Shown here piece by piece: positions 56,731-64,000 of a stretch of 64,000 nucleotides of DNA. Numbering within the stretch: position 1 is the first letter of the stretch; every line of letters begins with the position of its first letter. The position numbers were made by a program, and so were the translations under genes. This stretch comes from Opitutales bacterium (GTDB lineage: Bacteria; Verrucomicrobiota; Verrucomicrobiia; Opitutales; JABSRG01): positions 17,794 to 81,793 of the forward strand of contig JABSRG010000003.1 of NCBI GenBank assembly GCA_013215165.1, in the 5' to 3' direction. The notes under the pieces were generated by a model. The model was given only the letters and a program-made list of their open reading frames with translations, was not told the origin of the DNA and did no database searches.

Positions 56731-56960
56731 AATCGATCTGCCAATAAGAACGCTCGTTGATCCCCGTGTTTCCTGAGTCCGTCAATAATCAGAGGTAGAC
56801 TTTCTTTGGTCACTTCGAAATTCGGAGCAAACGACCAGAAGCAGAGCGTCCGATACTGTTGAAAGCTTCTTTGGCTAAAGCTATGTGTCGAGCATCTGTA
56901 TGAGTTGTAGGCACCTGAATGTTATCTTGGGTAACTTTGGCTACATCTTCAAGACTATGC
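56721..56960 (-). pseudogene. frameshifted upstream partner ORF (possible antitoxin remnant)
   Basis: Two adjacent frames read ...HIALAKEAFNSIGRSASGRLLRISK-stop and APNFEVTKESLPLIIDGLRKHGDQRAFLLADRLCQ-stop. The second stop overlaps the toxin-remnant ATG by 10 nt, as in TA operons. No family assignment was possible. Confidence 0.3.
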
Positions 56961-57003
56961 TCGAGACAAGGCCTGGACAGATAAAGGCGGTGCTATTCAA
57001 AAG

Positions 57004-57033
57004 ATTCGCGTTAGTTCGCGTCCATTAGCGGAT
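57004..57033 (-). repeat. family-1 repeat, inverted arm
   Basis: The reverse complement ATCCGCTAATGGACGCGAACTAACGCGAAT matches the arm consensus. Confidence 0.7.
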
Positions 57034-57058
57034 GAATACATTCGCTCTATCTCGCGGA

Positions 57059-57535
57059 TCACTCACCGCGAACTAAGCTGACCATCTCGGGTGACACCCC
57101 GCTCGCTCCGTCGCCAAATGCGTTGCGGGTGTAGGAGACGACTGCGGCGACTTGTTGGTTACTGAGGTGGTCGTGCGGGAGCATACGGACCGGCCACTTG
57201 GATGGTGCGCCACCCAGGGCATCACTGCCCCGCAATACCCAGTCGATGAGGACATAGGGATCACCAGCGAGTTTTTCGGATCCAATGAGTGACGGTTGCA
57301 TCCCCGGCATACCTCGGCCGTCGGCCATGTGACAGGCTAAGCAAGATCGAGTGTAGACACGCTTACCTTGATCAATCACAGCTTGGCTGACTGTGACCGT
57401 AGCGGGATCGATGATGGCGGGTAGGGTGGAGAGGTCGACCGGTTCAGTGGCCTCCTCGGTTTTTCCACCACCACACGCGGAAAACGATAGGGCGATGATT
57501 GAAATTAGAGCAGAGACGGAGGTTCTCATGCTCAC
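57059..57535 (-). CDS. lipoprotein c-type cytochrome (class I)
   Basis: Lipobox ALSFSAC, haem site CLACH with a distal Met region. Its start overlaps the gpmI stop by 4 nt. Confidence 0.8.
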   Translation of the reverse strand: MSMRTSVSALISIIALSFSACGGGKTEEATEPVDLSTLPAIIDPATVTVSQAVIDQGKRVYTRSCLACHMADGRGMPGMQPSLIGSEKLAGDPYVLIDWVLRGSDALGGAPSKWPVRMLPHDHLSNQQVAAVVSYTRNAFGDGASGVSPEMVSLVRGE

Positions 57536-59109
57536 ACAATCAGCGATTTCCCTGTCATTTCCACCGGTTTTTCAATTTTCATGAGATCAAGGATGGTGGG
57601 CGCTATGTCGGCCAGGCGATTATCCTCTTGGAATAGCGTCTTCTCTTTGACCGCTGCGCCATACAGCACGAGTTCGACAGGATTGAGCGTGTGTGACGTA
57701 TGAATCGCATCAGAGTCGGGGAAGCCCATCTGATCGCAGTTGCCGTGATCTGCGGTCACGACAGCAACACCGCCTATTTTGTCGATGGCTTTACAGAGTT
57801 TTTCTACGCCACGATCTACGATCTCACAGGCACGCACACAGGCAGGAATACTTCCAGTATGCCCGACCATGTCAGGGTTGGCAAAGTTAACTACGATCAG
57901 TCCGAAGCGTTCGCTCAAGATGGCTTCTTCAGCGGCATCCATCACGCCTTGAGCCGACATCTCGGGAGCCTCGTCATAGGTGGAAACGCCTGGACTCGGC
58001 AAGACTTGGCGCTCTTCCTTGGAAAAGGATTCGTCGCGGTAGTCATTAAAGAAAAATGTGACGTGGGGGTATTTTTCGGTCTCAGCGCAGCGGAACTGCC
58101 GGATACCCTTATCGGCGAGAAAACTGCCAAGGATGTTAGGCATTTTGGGCGGTTTCGGGAAGACGATGTCAGGGCACAGGCCCTTCTGGTAGTCTGTCAT
58201 GGTGGCATAAACCAGATCGAGTTTTTCACCGCGATCAAAGCCGTCGAAGTCATCGGTAATGAGTGCGGCGGTGATTTCTCGTGGTCGGTCGCCACGGAAG
58301 TTAAAGAAGACCACGGAATCACCATCGGAAAACGTAGCACGGGGCTCACCCGATTCATCGGCGATCCAAGTAGGGGGCACAAATTCGTCGCCTTTCATCG
58401 ACTCACCCGCCGGAGCATCATAATAACCTTGAATGGCGGCTTCCGCCGAGATCGCGATGGGTGCATCTTTGCCGGTCAGCATATTGTAAGCTCTCTCTAC
58501 CCGGTCCCAGCGTTTATCGCGGTCCATCACCCAAAAACGGCCGCAGACCGAGGCGATTTGGCCGATGCCGATCTCCTTACACTTGGCCTCTAGATCCTTA
58601 ATGTAGCCCAAACCGCTGGTAGGTGCGGTATCGCGCCCGTCGGTAAATGCATGGATGTAGACTTCCTCAATTTCTGCCATCCACGCGATCTCAAGGAGCT
58701 TGTAAAGGTGTTCGATCATGGCATGGACTCCGGCATCGGAGACGAGTCCCATCAGATGGAGTTTCCCGGAGCCTGATTTTGCCCGGTCAAAGGCTTTTTT
58801 CAGCGCAGGGTTTTCCAGCATAGCACCAAGATCCTCCAGGCCCTTGTTGATGCGCATGATTTCCTGATCCACGATCCGGCCTGCTCCGATGTTTTGATGA
58901 CCGACCTCGCTGTTGCCCATGATCCCTGGTGGTACGCCCACATCGGGCCCGTGCGCGGCCAACTCCGTACGTGGCCACTCAGCGGAAAGATGATCGCAAA
59001 AGGGGGTATCTGCCTGAGCGATTGCGTTGAAAGGTGCCAGTTCCGGGACGTTGTTCACGCCCCAGCCATCACGGATTGCGAGAAGGACCGGTGTCATAAT
59101 CTCGACCAT
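57532..59109 (-). CDS. gpmI: 2,3-bisphosphoglycerate-independent phosphoglycerate mutase
   Basis: 525 aa. N-terminus LLAIRDGWG, plus [13 protein letters not shown] and ADHGN motifs. The start could instead be ATG 59097. Confidence 0.95.
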   Translation of the reverse strand: MVEIMTPVLLAIRDGWGVNNVPELAPFNAIAQADTPFCDHLSAEWPRTELAAHGPDVGVPPGIMGNSEVGHQNIGAGRIVDQEIMRINKGLEDLGAMLENPALKKAFDRAKSGSGKLHLMGLVSDAGVHAMIEHLYKLLEIAWMAEIEEVYIHAFTDGRDTAPTSGLGYIKDLEAKCKEIGIGQIASVCGRFWVMDRDKRWDRVERAYNMLTGKDAPIAISAEAAIQGYYDAPAGESMKGDEFVPPTWIADESGEPRATFSDGDSVVFFNFRGDRPREITAALITDDFDGFDRGEKLDLVYATMTDYQKGLCPDIVFPKPPKMPNILGSFLADKGIRQFRCAETEKYPHVTFFFNDYRDESFSKEERQVLPSPGVSTYDEAPEMSAQGVMDAAEEAILSERFGLIVVNFANPDMVGHTGSIPACVRACEIVDRGVEKLCKAIDKIGGVAVVTADHGNCDQMGFPDSDAIHTSHTLNPVELVLYGAAVKEKTLFQEDNRLADIAPTILDLMKIEKPVEMTGKSLIV

Positions 59110-59293
59110 TGCGGGCGTGAGCCCTCAGGCAAGACGGGAATCGGCGAAATCACGCATCTCTTCAGGAAAAATTATCCGCGAATCCGATTGAGTGCTTACG
59201 GACTGATGGTCCTCGTAGGAGACATCTCTACAAAGCTGGGAACGCCGTGCCCCAGCTCGGCTCTTCGAAAACCATGTAAGTCAGTTGAAGGAT

Positions 59294-59437
59294 AATCCGC
59301 TAATGAACGCTAATTCACGCGAATGGTTTAATGCATTTTGGCCGCGTGTATTTGTGGTGCCTTTTCAACATTTTTAGAGTGGGCCGTCAGTCTGTGTTTC
59401 TGCCCAACATTAGCGTGAGTTCGTGTCTATTAGCGGA
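59294..59437 (+). repeat. family-1 repeat, complete 144-bp element with ~30-bp terminal inverted repeats (copy A)
   Basis: Left arm ATCCGCTAATGAACGCTAATTCACGCGAAT. The right arm ATTAGCGTGAGTTCGTGTCTATTAGCGGAT is its imperfect inverse. By eye it is roughly 80 percent identical to copy B over its full length. Confidence 0.8.
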
Positions 59438-59489
59438 TCTGAAACAGGTTGGTTTTGTCGGTGAGTTATGTCCCGTTGATGTATGAATT

Positions 59490-59542
59490 GCTAAAATTTT
59501 AACTTTTAGCTTGCGTGAGTCTGAATTGTTAGAGAACTAACA
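59490..59542 (+). promoter_or_regulatory. two palindromes upstream of blaI (candidate operators)
   Basis: GCTAAAA-N7-TTTTAGC at 59490-59510. TGTTAG-AGAA-CTAACA at 59527-59542, which ends 4 nt before the blaI ATG. Confidence 0.3.
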
Positions 59543-59546
59543 CTTC

Positions 59547-59957
59547 ATGCCAAAAGATGATTTAGATGCCCTGAGTCGACGGGAGCGGCAGATTATGGAA
59601 ATCCTGATTTCGCAAGGCAGTGGCTCTGCAGCCGACGTGCGAGAGGCTCTATCTGACGAGATCAGTGATTCAGCTATTCGGACTTTTTTACGTATCCTCG
59701 TTCAGAAGGGCCATGTGGTGCATCGTAAAGAGGGGAGGAAGTTTATTTACTCCCCGACCACCTCACCCGCCAAGGCGAAGCGCCGTGCGGTCCGCGATGT
59801 GGTGGCACGTCTCTTCGACGGATCTCTCGCCGGAGCCGTCGCTGCTTTCGTCGGCGATAGAAACGACACACTCACTCCTGAAGAAATCGGCCGAATTGAG
59901 CAGCTGATCGAGCAGGCTAAACAGCGCCAATCCTCAAACACTACCCCAGAAAGATGA
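59547..59957 (+). CDS. BlaI/MecI/CopY-family transcriptional repressor
   Basis: 136 aa. N-terminal wHTH pattern LSRRERQIMEILISQGSGSAADVREAL ... IRTFLRILVQKGHVVHRKEGRKFIYSP. Confidence 0.85.
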   Translation: MPKDDLDALSRRERQIMEILISQGSGSAADVREALSDEISDSAIRTFLRILVQKGHVVHRKEGRKFIYSPTTSPAKAKRRAVRDVVARLFDGSLAGAVAAFVGDRNDTLTPEEIGRIEQLIEQAKQRQSSNTTPER

Positions 59958-61468
59958 TTCCTGAATCCCTGTCATTATTCGCGGACATCACCATGAAGAC
60001 ATCCGCGATGCTTCTGCTCGCTTGGTTATTCGATCGCCTGGGAAAATTTTCATCGTCGCAGGTCGCTGCATTATGGACGATCGCGTTTGCCGCAGTCGCG
60101 GCTACGCCACTAACCCACTGGTTGCCGAGCCCGATATCGGTTTGGGAGAGCATGTTTTTCGATGCTGAGGAAACTTTTGTAGTATCTGTCGTTTTCTCGG
60201 ATTCCCAAACCTCAGACACTCGGACGATCGTTAATAACTCAGCAACGGGTTCCGTGCTTCATAGCATCCACTTCGGTTGGTATCTGTGGGGCGCCTGGGG
60301 CGCGGGGGTGTTCTTCTTTCTTTGGCGCTGGGTGCGTGGTTATTTGAGAGCGCGCAGGATCACTCTGGATTCGGTTTCGTTGAACGACTCGGAAATTAGG
60401 CTGCCCTTGTCAGAAGACGATGTGATCTCATCCGAGCACATACGGGTGAGCGATGCGGTGCCTTCGCCCTTTCTATTCGGTTATTTGAACCCGACCCTGA
60501 TGCTACCTGCTTCAGCTGATCGCTGGTCCACCGGAAAACTCGTTGCTGTTTTCGCTCATGAGAAAGCTCATGTGCGAAGAAAAGACCTATGGGTTCGAGC
60601 ACTCGCGGAGGCGGTGACTGTAGTCTTTTGGTTCAATCCACTGGTCTGGCTCGCAGCCCGCCGGTTGAGACTAGCCCAGGAGAAAGCCTGTGATGATCTT
60701 GCTCTCGAATCAGGTGTGGAGCCTCTCGCCTACACATCGACACTAGCACAGATGGCGAGTGCTCTCATAGACGACTTACCCGACGCCTCGACCGTCTCTA
60801 TGGCGAGAAAGTCAACACTACGCAGTCGGGTTGAGGCGGTTTTGGATATGAGTCAAAAGCGTTCTCCTGCCGGCGGCAAATTTTGGTTAGCTTGTATGCT
60901 CACCACGGGATTCTTAATTTCGACAACAGGTGCTCAGGAAGTTCGGAGTTCTGATACCACTTCCACGCCGATCGATCCGCTTACAGGACCTGTTGAGCCT
61001 GAAGAGAACGTAGTGGAAATACGCATGAAGGTCATTCAGGGAGTGCGTTCGACGGTTGAAAATGGAGCTTCCGCACCTCCACTTTATTTGACTGGCGCAA
61101 TCGGCGGGGTTCAATTACCCGAAGATATTGGTGATGCTTTGGCTGCTCCGCCTATCACGATGCTGGAGAATCGCACCGGGGTCATTACGGTTGGCGATGA
61201 TTATCTGGATAACGGCGTGGAGAAAACTGTGGGTCTCCAGACGAAAGTTACCGTTACAAATCTGGAAGATAAGTCCTATCTAGTTCAGTTATCTGTTACG
61301 CTGTCGGCACTGCAAGAGGCAGGGAACGGTGAACTCGATTACAAAGAGAAAACCACTCCGTTTGAGATCGTTATGGAATCTGGGCAATATGCCCTCATTC
61401 CTGGTATTGAAACACCTGACGAAGACCAAGGAGGTATTACTCTGCTGATGGAACTCACCCGACCATAG
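59954..61468 (+). CDS. BlaR1-like M56 peptidase signal transducer with a non-PBP C-terminal domain
   Basis: 4-nt overlap with the repressor gene. N-terminal TM helices, zinc motif FAHEKAHVRRKD, and a further TM helix. The last ~200 aa is beta-rich, has no SxxK motif, and has a secretin-core-like stretch (PPITMLENRTGVITVGDDY ... VGLQTKVTVTNLEDKSYLVQLSVTLS). Confidence 0.8.
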   Translation: MIPESLSLFADITMKTSAMLLLAWLFDRLGKFSSSQVAALWTIAFAAVAATPLTHWLPSPISVWESMFFDAEETFVVSVVFSDSQTSDTRTIVNNSATGSVLHSIHFGWYLWGAWGAGVFFFLWRWVRGYLRARRITLDSVSLNDSEIRLPLSEDDVISSEHIRVSDAVPSPFLFGYLNPTLMLPASADRWSTGKLVAVFAHEKAHVRRKDLWVRALAEAVTVVFWFNPLVWLAARRLRLAQEKACDDLALESGVEPLAYTSTLAQMASALIDDLPDASTVSMARKSTLRSRVEAVLDMSQKRSPAGGKFWLACMLTTGFLISTTGAQEVRSSDTTSTPIDPLTGPVEPEENVVEIRMKVIQGVRSTVENGASAPPLYLTGAIGGVQLPEDIGDALAAPPITMLENRTGVITVGDDYLDNGVEKTVGLQTKVTVTNLEDKSYLVQLSVTLSALQEAGNGELDYKEKTTPFEIVMESGQYALIPGIETPDEDQGGITLLMELTRP

Positions 61469-61503
61469 CTCGGCGACAACCATGTCAGCCAGTTCCATTG
61501 ATT

Positions 61504-61647
61504 ATCCGCTAATGAACGCTAATTCACGCGAATAGTTTGATGTACTTTGGCTGCATGTATTTGTTGTGCCTTTTCGACGTCTTTCGAATGGATCTTCAGT
61601 CTAGGTTTCTGCCCATCATTCGCGTAAATTCGCGTTTATTAGCGGAT
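61504..61647 (+). repeat. family-1 repeat, complete 144-bp element (copy B)
   Basis: Same orientation and architecture as copy A. Its right end overlaps the TAA stop of the MATE gene by 1 nt. Confidence 0.8.
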
Positions 61648-63065
61648 TATCTCTCCTCGTCGACCAAGGATCTTCGGATCACCCCGCGGGTCCGGGAGGC
61701 CATAATGATCGCCGAGACCCAGAGGCCTGCGGAAAGAGCGGCCCACATGCCGGCGCCCTCGAGAGCGAATCCGATGTGTGCGAGAGGCTGGAGGAAATCC
61801 GGGACGCGCGAGAGGTCGAGGCTAGTGCCGAAGGTGAGGAAGAAACAGAGTGGAATGGCGAAGCACCAGAAGATGAAGAAGCTCAGGATCGTCGGTACGC
61901 GGATGTCATTATAGCCGCGGAGGATGCCCATGAGGATAATGTTACAGCCATCGCCGAGTTGGAAAAAGGCGGCGATGAGCAAGAATGTCGCTGCCAGCGC
62001 GGCGACTTGAGCCGTCTCGGCCAGTCCGCGATCAAGAAAGATCCAGGGCAACTGGTGGCGGAAGGCGGCCAGCACGGTGGCTGGGCAGGCCATGATGATG
62101 ATCACAAAAAGGACGTTGGCCCATGCTATACGGGATGCACGTTGGTTTTGATGCGCACCGAGAGCCTGGCCGATGCGGATGCTGATAGCAAAGCTGAGTC
62201 CCAGGGGGATCATAAAGGCTAGGCCCACGAGGCTAATCGCAATATTGTGCGCGGCTAAGCTAACCGCTCCGATCCATCCCATCATGATCGCCGCAACATT
62301 GAAGGAGGCGACCTCGAAAGAAATCTGAATGCCCGTGCCGATTCCTGTCTTAACAATATCCTTCACGGCGCGCCACTGTGGCAGAATCAATTCGCGGAGG
62401 CTCCAGTTGCGTTCCAGGAGCCCCGCTTTTTCGTAGCCAATCCACATCAGAACAAAGCAGATGATGCGGGCTAATAGGGTAGCCAAGCCTGCTCCATCCA
62501 AACCCATCGCCGGTGCGCCAAGGTTACCGAAAATAAAGATCCAATTGAGGAAAACATTTACAGGGACCACAGCTAGGGTCCAGATGAGAGGAATCCATGG
62601 GCGGTCGATAGCCTCGCCATACGATTTCAGCGCCGCCATCATGAGCACGGGTGCCGAGGACCAGCCTAACAAAATGATGTAGGAGCGTGCGTGGCCCAGA
62701 ACGGCGGGCTCCTGGCCAAAATATTCGGCGACGGGTAGAAGGGCGTGCAAGGCCACTGCTAAGAGAACACCGAGCCAGAATGTAGCGTTGATTCCAGCTC
62801 CCAGCGTGGCGCGCTGGCCGGCCGAATCACCGGCACCATAGGCCCGAGCCGTGAAAATAGATACGGCGATGCTCAACCCAAAGCCGACCATAAAAAAGAG
62901 CATATAGAAGTTTGCTGCAAATGCTGCCGCTGCGAGCTCATCCACGCCGACACGTCCGATCATGGCTGCATCGACGAGCTGAGTCAGGTGCACAGCCATC
63001 TGGCCCATCATCATGGGAAAAGCGAGTTTGAACGTATGCCAAACCTCTGAGCGGAGCGAGTTCAC
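61647..63065 (-). CDS. MATE-family efflux transporter
   Basis: 472 aa with 12 TM helices. N-terminal pattern FKLAFPMMMGQMAVHLTQLVDAAMIGRVG is typical of NorM/DinF-type MATE proteins. Confidence 0.9.
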   Translation of the reverse strand: MNSLRSEVWHTFKLAFPMMMGQMAVHLTQLVDAAMIGRVGVDELAAAAFAANFYMLFFMVGFGLSIAVSIFTARAYGAGDSAGQRATLGAGINATFWLGVLLAVALHALLPVAEYFGQEPAVLGHARSYIILLGWSSAPVLMMAALKSYGEAIDRPWIPLIWTLAVVPVNVFLNWIFIFGNLGAPAMGLDGAGLATLLARIICFVLMWIGYEKAGLLERNWSLRELILPQWRAVKDIVKTGIGTGIQISFEVASFNVAAIMMGWIGAVSLAAHNIAISLVGLAFMIPLGLSFAISIRIGQALGAHQNQRASRIAWANVLFVIIIMACPATVLAAFRHQLPWIFLDRGLAETAQVAALAATFLLIAAFFQLGDGCNIILMGILRGYNDIRVPTILSFFIFWCFAIPLCFFLTFGTSLDLSRVPDFLQPLAHIGFALEGAGMWAALSAGLWVSAIIMASRTRGVIRRSLVDEER

Positions 63066-63115
63066 GAGCGGCGCACCATGTCAGCTCAGTCCGTCGTGGC
63101 AAACCTTCAGTGGAC

Positions 63116-63628
63116 TTATTTCGGAGGGTGGTCTGCTTTCCCAAAGAGACGCTTTGCTTCTGGCTTAGTGAGCAGAATCAGCGAACAAACTCCAAGGGCT
63201 GTGCCTAAGGGAACGGAAAGGCAGGCGAAGATAGCGGCGACGACACAGGTGGTATGGTGCTTGAATTTGATGAAACACCACCCCACATAGCAAAATGCCG
63301 CAACGTGCACGACGATCAGGACAGCAACGGAGATTTCGAGTACGCGGATGATCTGTTTGAGATCAATGCCAAGATCTAGCTGTCGGCTCAAGGCGTCCAA
63401 GTCAGGTAGGAAAAGGCTGTGTAATCCGATAAAAAAAAGCCCGGGCAATGCGATGAGGCCGAAGAGAATATAAAATACTCCAGCGAGCTTGAGCCTATCG
63501 TGAGTGACTTTTAGATCAGGATCGGACACAGTTTTTTTAGCATCGGCAGAATCGAGTAATGGCCAACTGTTTAATTCTGATGTCGAAAGAGGCGTGGGTG
63601 TCGATGAGTTATTGATCCGCGAATACAC
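63116..63628 (-). CDS. hypothetical membrane protein (4 TM helices)
   Basis: 170-aa ORF with four hydrophobic helices. The annotated GTG start lies inside a family-1 repeat arm, so the true start is uncertain. Confidence 0.5.
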   Translation of the reverse strand: MYSRINNSSTPTPLSTSELNSWPLLDSADAKKTVSDPDLKVTHDRLKLAGVFYILFGLIALPGLFFIGLHSLFLPDLDALSRQLDLGIDLKQIIRVLEISVAVLIVVHVAAFCYVGWCFIKFKHHTTCVVAAIFACLSVPLGTALGVCSLILLTKPEAKRLFGKADHPPK

Positions 63629-63649
63629 GCGAATGGACGCTAATTTTTT
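63615..63649 (+). repeat. family-1 repeat, solo arm
   Basis: ATCCGCGAATACACGCGAATGGACGCTAATTTTTT. Confidence 0.75.
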
Positions 63650-63744
63650 GTGTGATTGTCAGGGGTCTATGGGGGATGGGGTGACTCTATCCACATCTAG
63701 TTTGCGCCTGTGTCCCTTTGCTTGAGAACATGGCCTTTAAGTCC

Positions 63745-64000
63745 TCAAGTCTTTGGATTAAGAATCCCGTAGACTCGAACGGTCATATAGGCATCCCCCT
63801 TGCGGATTTGATCCTTGAGCTCGCCTTCGAATTCCATGCCTACCTTCAGCATGACCCTTCCAGAGGCCGGGTTGTCATGAAGATGGCATGAGGTAATTTT
63901 GTGTAGGCTCATGGATTCAAACCCGAACCGAATGAGGCAACGGGCGGCCTCGGTGCAATAGCCTTGGTTCCAATAGGGGACGCCTATCCAGTAGCCGAGT
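63745..64000 (-). CDS. GNAT-family (RimJ/RimL-like) N-acetyltransferase, 3' part only (runs off the window)
   Basis: The reverse-strand frame, open to the window edge, reads LGYWIGVPYWNQGYCTEAARCLIRFGFESMSLHKITSCHLHDNPASGRVMLKVGMEFEGELKDQIRKGDAYMTVRVYGILNPKT-stop. It is absent from the ORF track because the start lies outside the window. Confidence 0.75.
   Translation of the reverse strand, partial: LGYWIGVPYWNQGYCTEAARCLIRFGFESMSLHKITSCHLHDNPASGRVMLKVGMEFEGELKDQIRKGDAYMTVRVYGILNPKT

Overview
This 64-kb window looks like a chromosomal core segment of a diderm bacterium. Gene content suggests a PVC/Verrucomicrobiota-like organism: PEP-CTERM/exosortase, HprK next to lptCAB, ExeA/GspB-like genes and a BlaR1-like M56 sensor. 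That taxonomic call is an inference only, since I could run no search.

Most of the window is housekeeping:
- a Bacillus-like caa3 cytochrome oxidase cluster (ctaA-ctaB-DUF420-ctaCDEF-ctaG)
- folD, rluB, fabG-acpP-fabF, htpG, hisE-hisG
- kdsC and lptC-lptA-lptB-hprK
- an isocitrate dehydrogenase, argS and gpmI
- tRNA-Arg(CCG) and tRNA-Tyr(GTA)

I found no CRISPR array, no intact transposase or integrase, and no recognisable intact defence system.

The parts I consider worth a second look:
1. An ECF sigma / anti-sigma operon whose third gene is an HtrA/DegS-like PDZ protein with all three catalytic-triad residues replaced.
2. A translationally coupled four-gene cluster of unknown function next to tRNA-Arg. 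Three of the four proteins carry signal peptides, and two share an N-terminal module of about 100 aa.
3. Two families of short interspersed repeats. One is built from 10-bp-periodic CGC(G/T)AAT units. It occurs as solo arms and as 144-bp inverted-repeat elements that bracket a blaI-blaR1-like pair and a decayed toxin-antitoxin locus. The other is a roughly 111-nt element present three times. Several repeat ends abut stop codons.
4. Several gene remnants the ORF track does not resolve: a PIN toxin fragment, an AbiEii-like nucleotidyltransferase with an in-frame stop, a collapsed GH2 beta-galactosidase, and a frameshifted M23 peptidase with a PEP-CTERM tail.

All functional calls come from motif-level reading of the translated ORFs. 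No database search was possible.
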